A stretch of 64,000 nt of DNA, from the NCBI GenBank assembly GCA_051002015.1, contig JBPCMS010000012.1, positions 1,169-65,168 of the forward strand, written 5' to 3'. Under the pieces are notes generated by a model. The model did not search any database. It worked only from the letters and a program-made list of their open reading frames with translations, and had not been told where the DNA came from. The stretch comes from Acidimicrobiia bacterium (GTDB lineage: Bacteria > Actinomycetota > Acidimicrobiia > Spongiisociales > UBA5794). A program made the position numbers and the translations under genes. Shown here in pieces: positions 26,375 through 35,994 of this stretch. Each line of letters starts with the position of its first letter. The stretch's first letter is position 1.

Positions 26375-27013
26375 GTGCGTGTCGACGAGCGGAACCTGAT
26401 CGAGGCCTGCTCGCACCTCTCCGGATCGGATCCGGTGTTCGCAGAGCTGCTCGCCCGCAATGGGACGCCGCCCCTGTGGTCCCGGCCTCCCGGATTTCCC
26501 ACCCTGGTCCGGCTCATCCTCGAACAGCAGGTGTCGCTCGCCTCGGGCCGGGCCGCCTTCGACCGCCTCGAGGCCAGGCTCGGTCGGGTCACCCCTTCCC
26601 GGTTCGTCACCCTCGACGACGGCGAGCTGCGGGCGATCGGGTTCAGCCGCCAAAAGGCCCGGTACGTCAGGCTCCTCTCCGACGCCGTGGACCGCGGCGT
26701 CTTCGAGTTCGACGAGGTCGGCAGGCTCGACGACGAGGATGCGGCGGAGGCGCTGGTCACCCTGACCGGGGTCGGGCCGTGGACCGCGGCCAACTACATG
26801 CTGTTCGCCGAGTCGAGAGCCGATGTGTGGCCCCGCGGCGACCGGGCGCTGGTGGTTTCCCTTGGCCGGGCGATGGGAGCGGCCCAGCCTCCCGGGTACG
26901 ACGAGGCCGATGCCATGGCCGAGCGCTGGCGCCCGTGGCGGGCGGTGGCGGCTCGGATGTTGTGGCACGACTACCTGGGGGGCCGAGCCCACGATCCCGC
27001 CGGCTTGGCGTGA
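26375..27013 (+). CDS. HhH-GPD DNA glycosylase (3-methyladenine DNA glycosylase II-like)
   Basis: Contains LILEQQVSLASGRAAF..., a helix-hairpin-helix LTGVGPWTAANYMLF, and a catalytic Asp context (WPRGDRAL). Confidence 0.8.
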   Translation: MRVDERNLIEACSHLSGSDPVFAELLARNGTPPLWSRPPGFPTLVRLILEQQVSLASGRAAFDRLEARLGRVTPSRFVTLDDGELRAIGFSRQKARYVRLLSDAVDRGVFEFDEVGRLDDEDAAEALVTLTGVGPWTAANYMLFAESRADVWPRGDRALVVSLGRAMGAAQPPGYDEADAMAERWRPWRAVAARMLWHDYLGGRAHDPAGLA

Positions 27014-27040
27014 GCCGCCTGCCCGATCCGCTCGCCGCCC

Positions 27041-27829
27041 TTGACGTCCGGTTCCGGTAACGTGGCGCCGGTGACGAACCCTGAGCTTCCCGTCACCGCG
27101 CCACCGAAGCGGCTGTTGCGACCCCTCGAGGACACCCTCGAGCTGCCCTCGGCGTCCCGGCCGGCTGGCGCATCCAATGTCGCCGGTGCTGGCAACGCCG
27201 ACCGTGATCGGGTGGGCGATGGGGTCCCGGTCGGCGATGAGGGCGAGCCCCGCCACCGGCGGTTCTGGATCGAGTTCCCCATCCTGGTGCTGTCGGCGCT
27301 GCTCATCGCCGTCTTCATCAAGACCTTCCTGTTCCAGGCGTTCTGGATTCCGTCCAGCTCGATGGAGAACACGCTCGAGGTCAACGACCGCGTTCTGGTC
27401 AACAAGCTGACGTACCGGTTCGGCGACATCCAGCGTGGCGATGTCGTGGTGTTCGATGATCCCAACGGCGAGCCGTCGGACGAGTCGGTGGTGGGGGCCA
27501 TCCTCCGCAACCTGCGGGAGTCGGTCGGCCTCTCCACCCCGAAGTCCGAGTTCATCAAGCGGGTCGTCGGCATCTCGGGCGACACCGTCGAGATCAGCGG
27601 TGGGGTGCTGGTTGTGAATGGCGAGGCGATCAACGAGCCATACCTTCCCCCCCGCACCGATATGCCCGACTTCGGGCCGGAGACCGTCGGCGATGGCGAG
27701 CTGTTCGTGATGGGCGACAACCGCAACGCCAGCCAGGACAGCCGGATCTTCGGTACGGTCGACGCCGGCGGTGTCGTCGGTCAGGCGTTCGTGATCATCT
27801 GGCCCGTCGACCGGTGGGGCGGGCTCTGA
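27041..27829 (+). CDS. lepB: Signal peptidase I
   Basis: Contains IPSSSMENTL (catalytic Ser), RGDVVVF, KRVVGISGD (Lys) and GDNRNASQDSR boxes. The start is uncertain (TTG 27041 or a downstream GTG). Confidence 0.88.
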   Translation: MTSGSGNVAPVTNPELPVTAPPKRLLRPLEDTLELPSASRPAGASNVAGAGNADRDRVGDGVPVGDEGEPRHRRFWIEFPILVLSALLIAVFIKTFLFQAFWIPSSSMENTLEVNDRVLVNKLTYRFGDIQRGDVVVFDDPNGEPSDESVVGAILRNLRESVGLSTPKSEFIKRVVGISGDTVEISGGVLVVNGEAINEPYLPPRTDMPDFGPETVGDGELFVMGDNRNASQDSRIFGTVDAGGVVGQAFVIIWPVDRWGGL

Positions 27830-27925
27830 CTCGTTCCCGCCGGTTTTGTCTCACCTGCCTGGTACAACGGTTCGCATCGGCGCACATGGCGTAACATCAC
27901 GCCGGGCCGTTCCCAAGGAGCCACC

Positions 27926-28222
27926 GTGGGCGAGGAAGACCTCGAACGATATGAGACCGACGTAGAGCTGCGGCTCTACAAGGAGTACCGCGACGTCCTG
28001 CCGATGTTCCGGTACGTCATCGAGACCGAGCGTCGGTTCTATCTCGCCAACGGTGTCGACCTGAAGACCTGCCACGAAGACGGCGCCGTGTGGTTCGAGT
28101 TGGAGCTCGAGGACGCATGGGTATGGGACATGTACCGACCGGCCCGGTTCGTCAAGAAAGTCAAGGTCATGACGTTCCGCGACGTGAACATCGAGGAGCT
28201 GGAGCCCACCTCGCCGATCTGA
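27926..28222 (+). CDS. DUF2469 family protein
   Basis: EEDLERYETDVELRLYKEYRDVLPMFRYVIETERRFYLAN... matches the actinobacterial family normally found between lepB/rnhB and yraN. An AAGGAG RBS lies upstream of the GTG start. Confidence 0.8.
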   Translation: MGEEDLERYETDVELRLYKEYRDVLPMFRYVIETERRFYLANGVDLKTCHEDGAVWFELELEDAWVWDMYRPARFVKKVKVMTFRDVNIEELEPTSPI

Positions 28223-28566
28223 GCGGGGACCGGATCCGGCTCGGTGCCCTGGGCGAGGCGGTCGCCGCCCGCTTCCTGACCCGCCGGGGCGGTCTGATCG
28301 TGGCCCGCAACGTCGTGGTCGGTGGCGGTGAGATCGACCTCGTGGTGCGTTGGGCAGACGGCCACGCCGCCGTCGAGGTCCGTACCATCGGTCCGGACGC
28401 CATCCAGAGCGACCCGGTCGAACGCATCAGCGAACGCAAGCTGGCCCAGGTGCGCCGCCTCGCCAGCCTCCTCACCCCGCGGTACGGTCCGATGCGGGTC
28501 GACTTCGTGGGGGTGGTGGTCGACCGGTCCGGGGTGGTGGTCAGGTGGCTGGCCAATGTGGCGTAG
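28117..28566 (+). CDS. yraN: YraN/UPF0102 family endonuclease-like protein
   Basis: Contains LGALGEAVAARFLTRRGGLIVARNVVVGGGEIDLVV... and ...VDFVGVVV. There is no canonical start between the DUF2469 stop and the conserved core, so the start (ATG 28117/28123, overlapping DUF2469) is uncertain. Confidence 0.65.
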   Translation: MGMGHVPTGPVRQESQGHDVPRREHRGAGAHLADLSGDRIRLGALGEAVAARFLTRRGGLIVARNVVVGGGEIDLVVRWADGHAAVEVRTIGPDAIQSDPVERISERKLAQVRRLASLLTPRYGPMRVDFVGVVVDRSGVVVRWLANVA

Positions 28567-28581
28567 GGGATCGCGGCCCGG

Positions 28582-28821
28582 TCAGCGGCGCGGTGGCTCG
28601 ACCCGTGGGCCGCCACCCGACCCCACCCGGCGCTGCTCCTTCCACCAGCAACCCCGGTGCCAATGCCGGCGCAGATCCTGGGCCAGTTGGGGGGTCACCA
28701 CCACATGGCCCACCCCAGGCTCGATCCACCCCGAGCAGCCGGGGCACTGGTAGCGCTTGCGAGCCTGGTAGGGCTGGACGGACGACACCACCTCTGCGCC
28801 GAAGGGCTGCTGGGGAGGCAT
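28582..28821 (-). CDS. Small zinc-ribbon-like protein (79 aa), conserved-hypothetical type
   Basis: Contains YQCPGCSGWIEPGVGHVVV...RRHWHRGCW (a CxxC ... H/C cluster). ATG 28821 lies 2 nt after the stop of the upstream 36-aa ORF. Confidence 0.5.
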   Translation of the reverse strand: MPPQQPFGAEVVSSVQPYQARKRYQCPGCSGWIEPGVGHVVVTPQLAQDLRRHWHRGCWWKEQRRVGSGGGPRVEPPRR

Positions 28822-28823
28822 GG

Positions 28824-28934
28824 TCAGCCGAGGAAACCCCACGCCACCAGGGCCAGCGTGAGGATGATGAACCCGGCCACCAGGATGATGTCGGTAACCG
28901 AGGTGCGCTGCCTGCGGAAGGGGTTGAGACCCAT
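28824..28934 (-). CDS. Candidate 36-aa single-pass membrane peptide (not in the ORF track)
   Basis: My own translation gives MGLNPFRRQRTSVTDIILVAGFIILTLALVAWGFLG, with 33/36 codons ending in G/C. It has a basic N-terminus followed by one hydrophobic helix. Its stop is coupled to the next ORF (TGAccATG). No obvious SD. Confidence 0.35.
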   Translation of the reverse strand: MGLNPFRRQRTSVTDIILVAGFIILTLALVAWGFLG

Positions 28935-28992
28935 GATCGGATGGTAGGTCGGTCAGGTCCGGGCGCTGCGGCGCCCGGTAGGCTCACCGCCC

Positions 28993-29772
28993 ATGCCACT
29001 GCTCGCCACCTCGGACCACGGTCCGGTCCGCACCCTGACCATCAGCAACCCCGGCCGCAAGAACGCCATCCCTCCGGACGGATGGGATCAGCTCGGCGCC
29101 GCCTTCGCCGCCTTCGCCGGCTCGGACCAGCGGGTGCTGGTGATCACCGGAGCAGACGGTGAGTTCTGCTCGGGTGCCGATCTCGCCGATGCCGACTTTG
29201 GGCCCGATTTCGGAGTGGCCAGGAACGCGGCGTGGATGCGGAGGCCGGGTGCGGCGGCGACGACGCTGCACCGGCTGCCCAAGCCCACCGTCGCCGCCGT
29301 CGACGGCGTCGCCGCCGGGGCCGGGATGAACCTCGCCCTCGGCTGCGACATCGTCATCGCCACCGAGCGGGCCCGGTTCAGCGAGATCTTCGTCAGGCGG
29401 GGGCTCACCCTTGACTTCGGGGGGACCTGGCTGTTGCCCAGGGTGGTGGGGAGGGCAAGGGCGCTCGATCTCGCCCTCACCGGCCGTCTCGTCGGCGCCG
29501 CCGAAGCCCTCGATATGGGGCTGGTGGCCAGGGTGGTGCCGGTGGACGAGCTGGCCGACACCGTGACCGAGACCGCCGAGGCGCTTGCCGCCGGCGCCCC
29601 GCTGGCGCAGCGGATCATCAAGACCGGGCTCGACCGGTCGGAGACGATGACGTTCGAGCAGGCCATCGCCTACGAGACCGAGGCCCAGGGCGTGCTGCTG
29701 TCGTCCCAGGACGTCACCGAGGCGCTGGCCGCCTTCCTCGGCAAGCGGCCGCCCCGGTTCCTGGGACGGTGA
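28993..29772 (+). CDS. Enoyl-CoA hydratase/isomerase family protein
   Basis: Shows the crotonase fold pattern: ...VITGADGEFCSGADL... and ...AAVDGVAAGAGMNLALGCDIVIA.... Confidence 0.88.
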   Translation: MPLLATSDHGPVRTLTISNPGRKNAIPPDGWDQLGAAFAAFAGSDQRVLVITGADGEFCSGADLADADFGPDFGVARNAAWMRRPGAAATTLHRLPKPTVAAVDGVAAGAGMNLALGCDIVIATERARFSEIFVRRGLTLDFGGTWLLPRVVGRARALDLALTGRLVGAAEALDMGLVARVVPVDELADTVTETAEALAAGAPLAQRIIKTGLDRSETMTFEQAIAYETEAQGVLLSSQDVTEALAAFLGKRPPRFLGR

Positions 29773-29829
29773 ACACCACCTCGCCGTTCTTCTGGACCGT
29801 GTAGCCGAAGCCGGTCAGCTCCACCACGC

Positions 29830-30264
29830 TCAGTCGACGCAGAACTCGTTGCCCTCGGGATCCTGCATCACAATCCACCATCCGGTCGGCTCGTCGAACC
29901 GGTCGATCTCCACCGCCCCTGCCTCGACCAGCTCGGAGGCGGCGGCCCCGATCCTGCGCTGACGCTCCCCAGGATCGACGTCCTGACTCCCCCCGACATG
30001 GACGTCGAGATGGACCCGGTTCTTGGCAACCTTGCCCTCCGGCACCTTCTGGAAGAGGATCCGGGGCCCATCCCCGTCCGGGTCCACCAGAGCATCGAAG
30101 GCCTCCCATTGGTCCTCAGGGATTCCACGATCGGCGGCGAAGGCCTCCCAGGTGTCGTAGCCGGGGGGCGGTGGCTGCCGCACGTAGCCGAGGGCGACCG
30201 CCCAGAAGTCGGCGAGCCGTGTCGGGTTGCCGGCGTCGAAGACAATTTGTATGGGCCTGTTCAT
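29830..30264 (-). CDS. VOC/glyoxalase-like domain protein
   Basis: IVFDAGNPTRLADFWAVALGY... and ...KNRVHLDV...DPEGNEFCV are typical of the Glyoxalase_6-type family. Confidence 0.75.
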   Translation of the reverse strand: MNRPIQIVFDAGNPTRLADFWAVALGYVRQPPPPGYDTWEAFAADRGIPEDQWEAFDALVDPDGDGPRILFQKVPEGKVAKNRVHLDVHVGGSQDVDPGERQRRIGAAASELVEAGAVEIDRFDEPTGWWIVMQDPEGNEFCVD

Positions 30265-30364
30265 GGACCCACGCTACCGACACCGTGGAGGGGATGGCTC
30301 CGCTCCCGCCGTCGTCCTGTCTGACCCTCTGGTTCCTGTCACACCCGTCCCATACCTTGAGGGC

Positions 30365-31828
30365 ATGTTTGCTTCCGTCACCTCCGTTGCCCTGATCGGC
30401 GTCGAGCCGCAGCCGGTCAGGGTCGAAGTCCACACCGCCGGTCCGAGTCAACGGTTCACGATCGTCGGGCTTCCCGACGCTGCGGTGCGCGAGGCTCGTG
30501 AGCGGGTCCGGGCAGCCCTCGCCTCCTGCGGGTTCCGGATCAGGAGCTCGGCGATCACCGTCAACCTGTCGCCGGCCGATCTCCCCAAGGCGGGGTCGGC
30601 CTACGACCTGCCCATCGCTCTGGGGCTGCTCGCCGCCAACGGGACGGTCGGTCTCGACGAGGTCGATGTGGTGGCCCTGGGCGAGCTCGCCCTCGACGGC
30701 CGTATCCGCCCGGTGGTCGGCGGGCTCGGTGCCGGGCTGGTGGCGGCCCGGGCGGGGAAGCGCTGCCTGCTGGCAGACGGGGCGACCGACGCCTGGGCAT
30801 CGGGGGCGGACGTGCTCACCGTCTCCGATCTGGCCGAGGCGGTGGCCGCCCTGCGTGGCGAGCCGGTGGGGAGGCGGCCCGCCCGCCCGTCACCGAGGAC
30901 CGGGCATTTGCCCGACCTGTCGGCGGTCAGGGGCCAGACCGAGGCGCGGCGCGCCCTGGAGGTCACCGCGGCCGGCGGCCATCACCTGCTGATGACCGGT
31001 GCCCCCGGGGCGGGGAAGACCATCCTGGCCCGGTGCCTCCCCGGCATCATGCCCCGGCTCGGCGACGGCGAGGCGCTCGAGGTCGCCCTGGCTTGGGGCG
31101 CCGCCGGTCTCGACCGGGGCTCCGATCCGACGCCGCCGTTCCGGTCGCCTCACCACACGGCGACCATTGCGGCGATCCTGGGCGGGGGGAGCGGCATCCC
31201 CGTCCCCGGTGAGATCACGCTCGCCCACCACGGGGTCCTTTTCATGGACGAGCTCGGTGAGTTCCCCACCCACCTCCTCGACGGTCTCCGCCAGCCAGCC
31301 GAGGAGGGCAGCATCGTGGTGGCCAGGAAGGGGAGCTCGGTCCGGTTCCCCAGCAGGTTCCAGCTCGTCGCCGCCACCAACCCGTGCCCCTGCGGGTACC
31401 GCGACGACTGGCTCATGGAGTGCTGCTGCACCGACAACGCCATCGACCGCTACCGGAGACGTTTCTCGGGGCCGCTGCTCGATCGGATCGATCTCCGGGT
31501 TCACATGCGGCGGCTCGACCCCGACGATCTGGTCGGTCCGCCGGGCGAGTCGAGCGCCGATGTCCTGGGCCGGGTGCATGCGGCGCGCAAACGTCAAGCG
31601 GTTCGTCGGATGCTCAACCGCGACCTCGACCGGCCCGCCCTCGACGCCCTCGCCTGGGAGCCGGCGGCGGAGCGTCGGCTGTCGACGGCGGTGGTCGACT
31701 ACCGGATGACCGCTCGGGGTTGGGAACGGGCACGACGGGTGGCGGTGACCATCGCCGACCTGGCCGAATCCGAGGTCATCACCGCAGACCATGTCGGCGA
31801 GGCGCTGGCATTTCGGGGGGCGGAGTGA
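30365..31828 (+). CDS. comM: Mg-chelatase-like AAA+ protein YifB/ComM
   Basis: Has an N-terminal Lon-like domain (MFASVTSVALIGVEP...), Walker A GAPGAGKT, and FMDELGEF. The start at ATG 30365 lies inside track ORF 30227. Confidence 0.9.
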   Translation: MFASVTSVALIGVEPQPVRVEVHTAGPSQRFTIVGLPDAAVREARERVRAALASCGFRIRSSAITVNLSPADLPKAGSAYDLPIALGLLAANGTVGLDEVDVVALGELALDGRIRPVVGGLGAGLVAARAGKRCLLADGATDAWASGADVLTVSDLAEAVAALRGEPVGRRPARPSPRTGHLPDLSAVRGQTEARRALEVTAAGGHHLLMTGAPGAGKTILARCLPGIMPRLGDGEALEVALAWGAAGLDRGSDPTPPFRSPHHTATIAAILGGGSGIPVPGEITLAHHGVLFMDELGEFPTHLLDGLRQPAEEGSIVVARKGSSVRFPSRFQLVAATNPCPCGYRDDWLMECCCTDNAIDRYRRRFSGPLLDRIDLRVHMRRLDPDDLVGPPGESSADVLGRVHAARKRQAVRRMLNRDLDRPALDALAWEPAAERRLSTAVVDYRMTARGWERARRVAVTIADLAESEVITADHVGEALAFRGAE

Positions 31829-32736
31829 CGGACGAGCGCCTGCGCCTGGCCTTCGCCGGCCTCCATCCCGAGCGGCTCGCCCGGCTGCTCGAACAGCACG
31901 GCCCGAGCCGCAGCCTGCGCATGGTCCTCGGCGCCACGGATGGCAGCTTCGCCTGGGCGGCCAAGGGGGCGTCGGTCGATGCCGCCGCCAGACGAGAGGA
32001 GTTGGCGGGGCTCGGGGTGGCGACGGTGTTCCGGGGCGCACCCGGTTACCCGCATCGGCTGGCGGCCATCCCCGAGCCACCCGACGTGCTGTTCGTCCGC
32101 GGCGACATCCCGGACGGGCAGGCCGTCGCCGTGGTGGGGACCAGAAGGTGCACGGCGTACGGTCGCTCGCTCGCCACCGAGTACGGGGCCGCCATCGCCG
32201 CCGCCGGGTGGGTCCTGGTCTCGGGTCTGGCCAGGGGCATCGACGGAGCGGCCCACACCGGCACCGTCGGGGCCGGCGGGCGCGGGGTGGCGGTGCTCGG
32301 CTGCGGGCCCGACATCCTGTACCCGCCCGAGCACCGCAGCCTGGCCGACCGGCTGGTCGACGCCGGGGGAGCCGTGATCACCGAGTACCCGCCCGGCACC
32401 GTCCCCGAGCCATGGAGGTTCCCGCCGCGCAACAGGATCATCACCGGGCTGGTGGGGGCGTTGGTGGTGGTCGAGGCGGCGGTGACCGGCGGCGCCCTGA
32501 TCTCCGCCGGCTACGCCCTCATCCAGGGAATCCCGGTGCTCGCCGTGCCCGGTGATGTGCGCCGGGCCACCTCGACCGGATGCAACCTGCTGATCCGCGA
32601 CGGCGCCCACCCGGTGCTCGACCCGGACGATCTGGTCGAGGAGCTGAGCCTCATCCTGGGCCCGCCACCCGCTGTCGCCGCCGCCGCGGCGGCGGTTGCC
32701 GGGACCGGCGACGGCCGGCGTGGGGAAGCCCCGTGA
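31825..32736 (+). CDS. dprA: DNA-processing protein DprA
   Basis: Contains ...[13 protein letters not shown]..., [12 protein letters not shown], and [13 protein letters not shown] 31825 overlaps the comM stop (GTGA). Confidence 0.88.
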   Translation: MTDERLRLAFAGLHPERLARLLEQHGPSRSLRMVLGATDGSFAWAAKGASVDAAARREELAGLGVATVFRGAPGYPHRLAAIPEPPDVLFVRGDIPDGQAVAVVGTRRCTAYGRSLATEYGAAIAAAGWVLVSGLARGIDGAAHTGTVGAGGRGVAVLGCGPDILYPPEHRSLADRLVDAGGAVITEYPPGTVPEPWRFPPRNRIITGLVGALVVVEAAVTGGALISAGYALIQGIPVLAVPGDVRRATSTGCNLLIRDGAHPVLDPDDLVEELSLILGPPPAVAAAAAAVAGTGDGRRGEAP

Positions 32737-32822
32737 TCGCCGGCCGACCTGCGCGGCGTGCCCCGCCGGAGCACGACGGCCTGGTCGTTGACGTCCGGGC
32801 GCAGACCGGTGACCATTCGGCG

Positions 32823-33770
32823 GTGATCCAGTCATCGCCTCCGAGCGCAGACACCGACGCCGGTGACCCGTCGGCCGCGCCGCCGACCGGGCCGACCGGC
32901 CCGCTGGGAGATGCCGTTGCCGGCTACCTGGAACGGTTGGCGGTCAGGCGCCGGCTCAGCGAGCACACCGTGGCCGCCTACCGTGGCGACCTCGCCCAGT
33001 TCATCGCGTTCTGTGCCGGGCGGGGTGTCTCCACGCCTGCCCAGATCGACCGGCGCACCGTCAGGGGGTTCGTGGCCCATCTGTCGGCCGAGGGATACGC
33101 CCCGCGGTCGATCGCCCGGAAGTCGTCTGCGGTGCGAGCCTTCCTCACCGACGAGGTGCGCAACGGAGGGCTCGATGCCAACCCGGCGGTGGGCCTGGCC
33201 CGGCCCAAGCGCCCGGCCACGCTGCCCAAGGCGCTACCGGCCAACGCCGTCGCTTCCGCTCTCGACCGGCTCGGCGACGGCGACGACCCGGCGGGCCTGC
33301 GCAACCGGGCGATCCTGGAGATGCTGTACGGAACCGGGATGCGGGTGTCCGAGCTGGCCGCCCTCACCATCGACGACGTCCCCAAGGGTGACTTCCTCAG
33401 GGTTCGGGGAAAGGGCGGCCAGCAACGCGAGGTCCCGCTGGCGGGTGCGGCCCGCCGCGCCCTCGACGCCTACGTGGCACGGGGACGGCTGCGCCTGGCC
33501 GGTCCGGCCGCGGGCAGGGCGCTTTGGATCGGGGTCCGGGGCGGGGCGCTCGACCAACGCGGCATCAGGCGGGTGGTCCGGGCGGCGATGGGGACGTTCC
33601 CGCACGCCCTGCGCCATTCCTTCGCCACCCACCTGCTCGAGAACGGAGCGGATCTGCGCACGGTGCAGGAGCTGCTCGGCCATCGGGAGCTGGCAACCAC
33701 CCAGATCTACACTGCCGTCTCCCGTCGCCATCTCAGGGCCACCTATGACCGAAGCCACCCACGGGCGTGA
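32823..33770 (+). CDS. xerC: Tyrosine recombinase XerC
   Basis: The N-terminal SAM-like domain has AYRGDLAQF. Catalytic residues lie in ...GMRVSEL..., [12 protein letters not shown], and [13 protein letters not shown]. The start is ambiguous: GTG 32823, or GTG 32733 overlapping the dprA stop. Confidence 0.88.
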   Translation: MIQSSPPSADTDAGDPSAAPPTGPTGPLGDAVAGYLERLAVRRRLSEHTVAAYRGDLAQFIAFCAGRGVSTPAQIDRRTVRGFVAHLSAEGYAPRSIARKSSAVRAFLTDEVRNGGLDANPAVGLARPKRPATLPKALPANAVASALDRLGDGDDPAGLRNRAILEMLYGTGMRVSELAALTIDDVPKGDFLRVRGKGGQQREVPLAGAARRALDAYVARGRLRLAGPAAGRALWIGVRGGALDQRGIRRVVRAAMGTFPHALRHSFATHLLENGADLRTVQELLGHRELATTQIYTAVSRRHLRATYDRSHPRA

Positions 33771-34527
33771 GACCAGCTCGTCCCACGCCATCGATCAGCT
33801 GTGGCATCGCTTTCGGAGCGGGGGAGATCAGGCAACCCGTCACGGGCTGATCCTCCATTACGCCCCGCTGGTCAAGTATGTGGCCGGTCGGTTCGGCGCC
33901 GGGCTGCGCCGGGCCGTCGACACCGAGGACCTCATCTCGTTCGGGACCTTCGGGCTGATCGAGGCCGTCGACCGCTTTGAGCCGGAGCGGGGGCTTCGTT
34001 TCGAGACCTACGCCGCCAACCGGATCCGGGGCGCCATCCTCGACGAGCTACGGAGGCTCGACTGGGTGCCGCGCCGGGTGCGGGCCCGATGCCGGCAGGT
34101 GCAGGAGGGCTTGGCTGAGCTCGAGCACCGGCTGCAACGGACCTGCACCGAGGAGGAGCTTGCCGACCACCTCGAGCTCGACATCGAGACGCTGCGGGAC
34201 ACGCTGGCCGAGATGGCCTCGGGCGGGATGGTGGCCATCGAGGAGCTGACCCCCGGCGGGGTCCCGCTCGCCGAGCTCCTCGCCGATCCCGACGCGGTCG
34301 ATCCCGGAGCCGCCGCCGAGAGCAGCGAGCTGCGCCGGTTGCTGCTCGACACCGTCGCCGGGCTACCCGACAGGGACCGGTCGGTCGTCGTCCTCTACTA
34401 CTTCGAGTCGATGACCCTGCAGCAGATCGCCGGGATCCTGGGGGTCACCGAGTCCCGGGTGTCCCAGATCCACGCCAAGGCCGTCCTCAGCCTGCGCAAC
34501 CGGCTGATGACGGCGACCAGGGACTGA
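33745..34527 (+). CDS. whiG: FliA/WhiG-family RNA polymerase sigma factor
   Basis: Region 2 is [41 protein letters not shown] and region 4 is [26 protein letters not shown] 33745 overlaps the xerC 3' end by 26 nt. Confidence 0.85.
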   Translation: MTEATHGRETSSSHAIDQLWHRFRSGGDQATRHGLILHYAPLVKYVAGRFGAGLRRAVDTEDLISFGTFGLIEAVDRFEPERGLRFETYAANRIRGAILDELRRLDWVPRRVRARCRQVQEGLAELEHRLQRTCTEEELADHLELDIETLRDTLAEMASGGMVAIEELTPGGVPLAELLADPDAVDPGAAAESSELRRLLLDTVAGLPDRDRSVVVLYYFESMTLQQIAGILGVTESRVSQIHAKAVLSLRNRLMTATRD

Positions 34528-34567
34528 GCCGCAGCCGCCCTCCGCTACACTCCGCCCCCAATTCGCA

Positions 34568-34626
34568 CGCTCACCGCAATCCCCAGGGTCGGAACCGCAA
34601 TTCCGTGGGGGCTGGAAGGGTGAGCG
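34568..34626 (+). promoter_or_regulatory. Nested three-helix hairpin in the rpsB 5' leader
   Basis: P1 pairs cgctcacc (34568-75) with ggtgagcg (34619-26). P2 pairs cccca (34581-85) with tgggg (34606-10). P3 pairs cggaa (34590-94) with ttccg (34601-05). The structure ends 17 nt before the AGGAGGA SD. Confidence 0.3.
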
Positions 34627-34655
34627 GAGGTAACCAACCCGTCAGGAGGACCACC

Positions 34656-35381
34656 GTGTCCGTCGTCAGCATGCGACAGCTACTGGAGGCCGGAGTCCAC
34701 TTCGGCCACCAGACGCGTCGCTGGGATCCCAAGATGCGCCCGTTCATCTTTACCGAGCGCAACGGGATCCACATCATCGATCTCCGGCAGACGCTGCAGC
34801 GGGTCGAGCGGGCCCACGCCCTGGTCAAGGACGTCACCACCGCCGGCGGCTCGGTGCTCTTCGTCGGCACCAAGAAGCAGGCCCAGGCGCCGATCCGCGA
34901 GGCCGCTACCGCCTCCGGGATGCCGTACGTCAACCACCGTTGGCTGGGCGGGATGCTCACCAACTTCGCCACGATCCACAAGCGCATCCTCTACATGCTG
35001 GAGCTGGAGCGCATGGAGTCGTCCGGGGAGATGGACCTGCTCCCCAAGAAGGAACGCCTCCGCCTGCGGCGGGAGCTGGAAAAGCTGCAGACCGTGCTCG
35101 GCGGGGTCCGTGACCTGCACCGCGCCCCGGAGGCGGTGTTCATCATCGATGTGAAGACCGAGCACATCGCCGTCACCGAGGCCGCCCGCCTCAAGATCCC
35201 GGTGATCGCCGTGGTGGACACCAATTGCGACCCCGATCTCGTCGACCTGGTGATCCCGGGCAACGACGACGCCATCCGGGCGTCCGAGCTACTCGCCGGG
35301 ATCATCGCCGACGCCGCCAGGACGGGCAGGGAGCTGTCCCAGGCGTCGCGCAAGGACACCTCCCAGGAGACCGTCGGATGA
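34656..35381 (+). CDS. rpsB: 30S ribosomal protein S2
   Basis: (M)[26 protein letters not shown]... is an S2 signature. GTG 34656 is preceded by AGGAGGA. Confidence 0.93.
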   Translation: MSVVSMRQLLEAGVHFGHQTRRWDPKMRPFIFTERNGIHIIDLRQTLQRVERAHALVKDVTTAGGSVLFVGTKKQAQAPIREAATASGMPYVNHRWLGGMLTNFATIHKRILYMLELERMESSGEMDLLPKKERLRLRRELEKLQTVLGGVRDLHRAPEAVFIIDVKTEHIAVTEAARLKIPVIAVVDTNCDPDLVDLVIPGNDDAIRASELLAGIIADAARTGRELSQASRKDTSQETVG

Positions 35382-35992
35382 TCACCGCCAAGGATGTCCA
35401 AGCCCTCCGTCAGAAGACGGGGGCGGGGATCATGGACGCCAAACGCGCCCTCCAGGACGCCGAGGGTGATGTCGGCAAGGCCACCGAGCTGCTTCGGGAG
35501 CGGGGGCTGGCCGCCGCCGCCAAGCGCACCGACCGGGCCCAGACCGAGGGTGCCATCGGCAGCTACCTGCACCAGCAGGCGGGTCGCGCGGTGATCGGCG
35601 TGCTGGTCGAGCTTGCCGCCGAGACCGACTTCGTGGCCAAGAGCGCCCCCTTCCAGAAGGCGGCGAACGATCTGGCGATGCACATCGCCGCCGCCCGCCC
35701 CACCTGGGTGCGACGGGAGGAGGTGCCCAAGGACGCCCTGGCCAAGGAGCGAGAGATCATCGCCGCCCAGGCCCGCAACGAGGGCAAGCCGGAGCAGATC
35801 ATCGACACGATCGTCGCCGGCAGGGTCGGGTCGTTCTACCGGGACAACGTCCTGTACGACCAGGTGTTCGTGCGTTCCGACGAGTTCGAAGGCACCGTCG
35901 CCGAGTTGGTGCAGCAGCTCGGGATCCAGATGGGCGAGAACATATCGGTGGCGCGGTTCTCCCGCCTCCAGGTCGGCCAAGGCGCCGGCTGA
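35378..35992 (+). CDS. tsf: Elongation factor Ts (short, 204-aa form)
   Basis: [43 protein letters not shown]... is an EF-Ts signature. ATGA overlap with rpsB. Confidence 0.9.
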   Translation: MITAKDVQALRQKTGAGIMDAKRALQDAEGDVGKATELLRERGLAAAAKRTDRAQTEGAIGSYLHQQAGRAVIGVLVELAAETDFVAKSAPFQKAANDLAMHIAAARPTWVRREEVPKDALAKEREIIAAQARNEGKPEQIIDTIVAGRVGSFYRDNVLYDQVFVRSDEFEGTVAELVQQLGIQMGENISVARFSRLQVGQGAG

Positions 35993-35994
35993 CA

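Noticed and set aside
32733-33770. xerC, the only recombinase gene in the window, as a mobile-element or prophage integrase marking an island boundary.
   Set aside because: It sits in the conserved comM-dprA-xerC core synteny. It has XerC-type motifs and no flanking att-like repeats, tRNA or phage genes.
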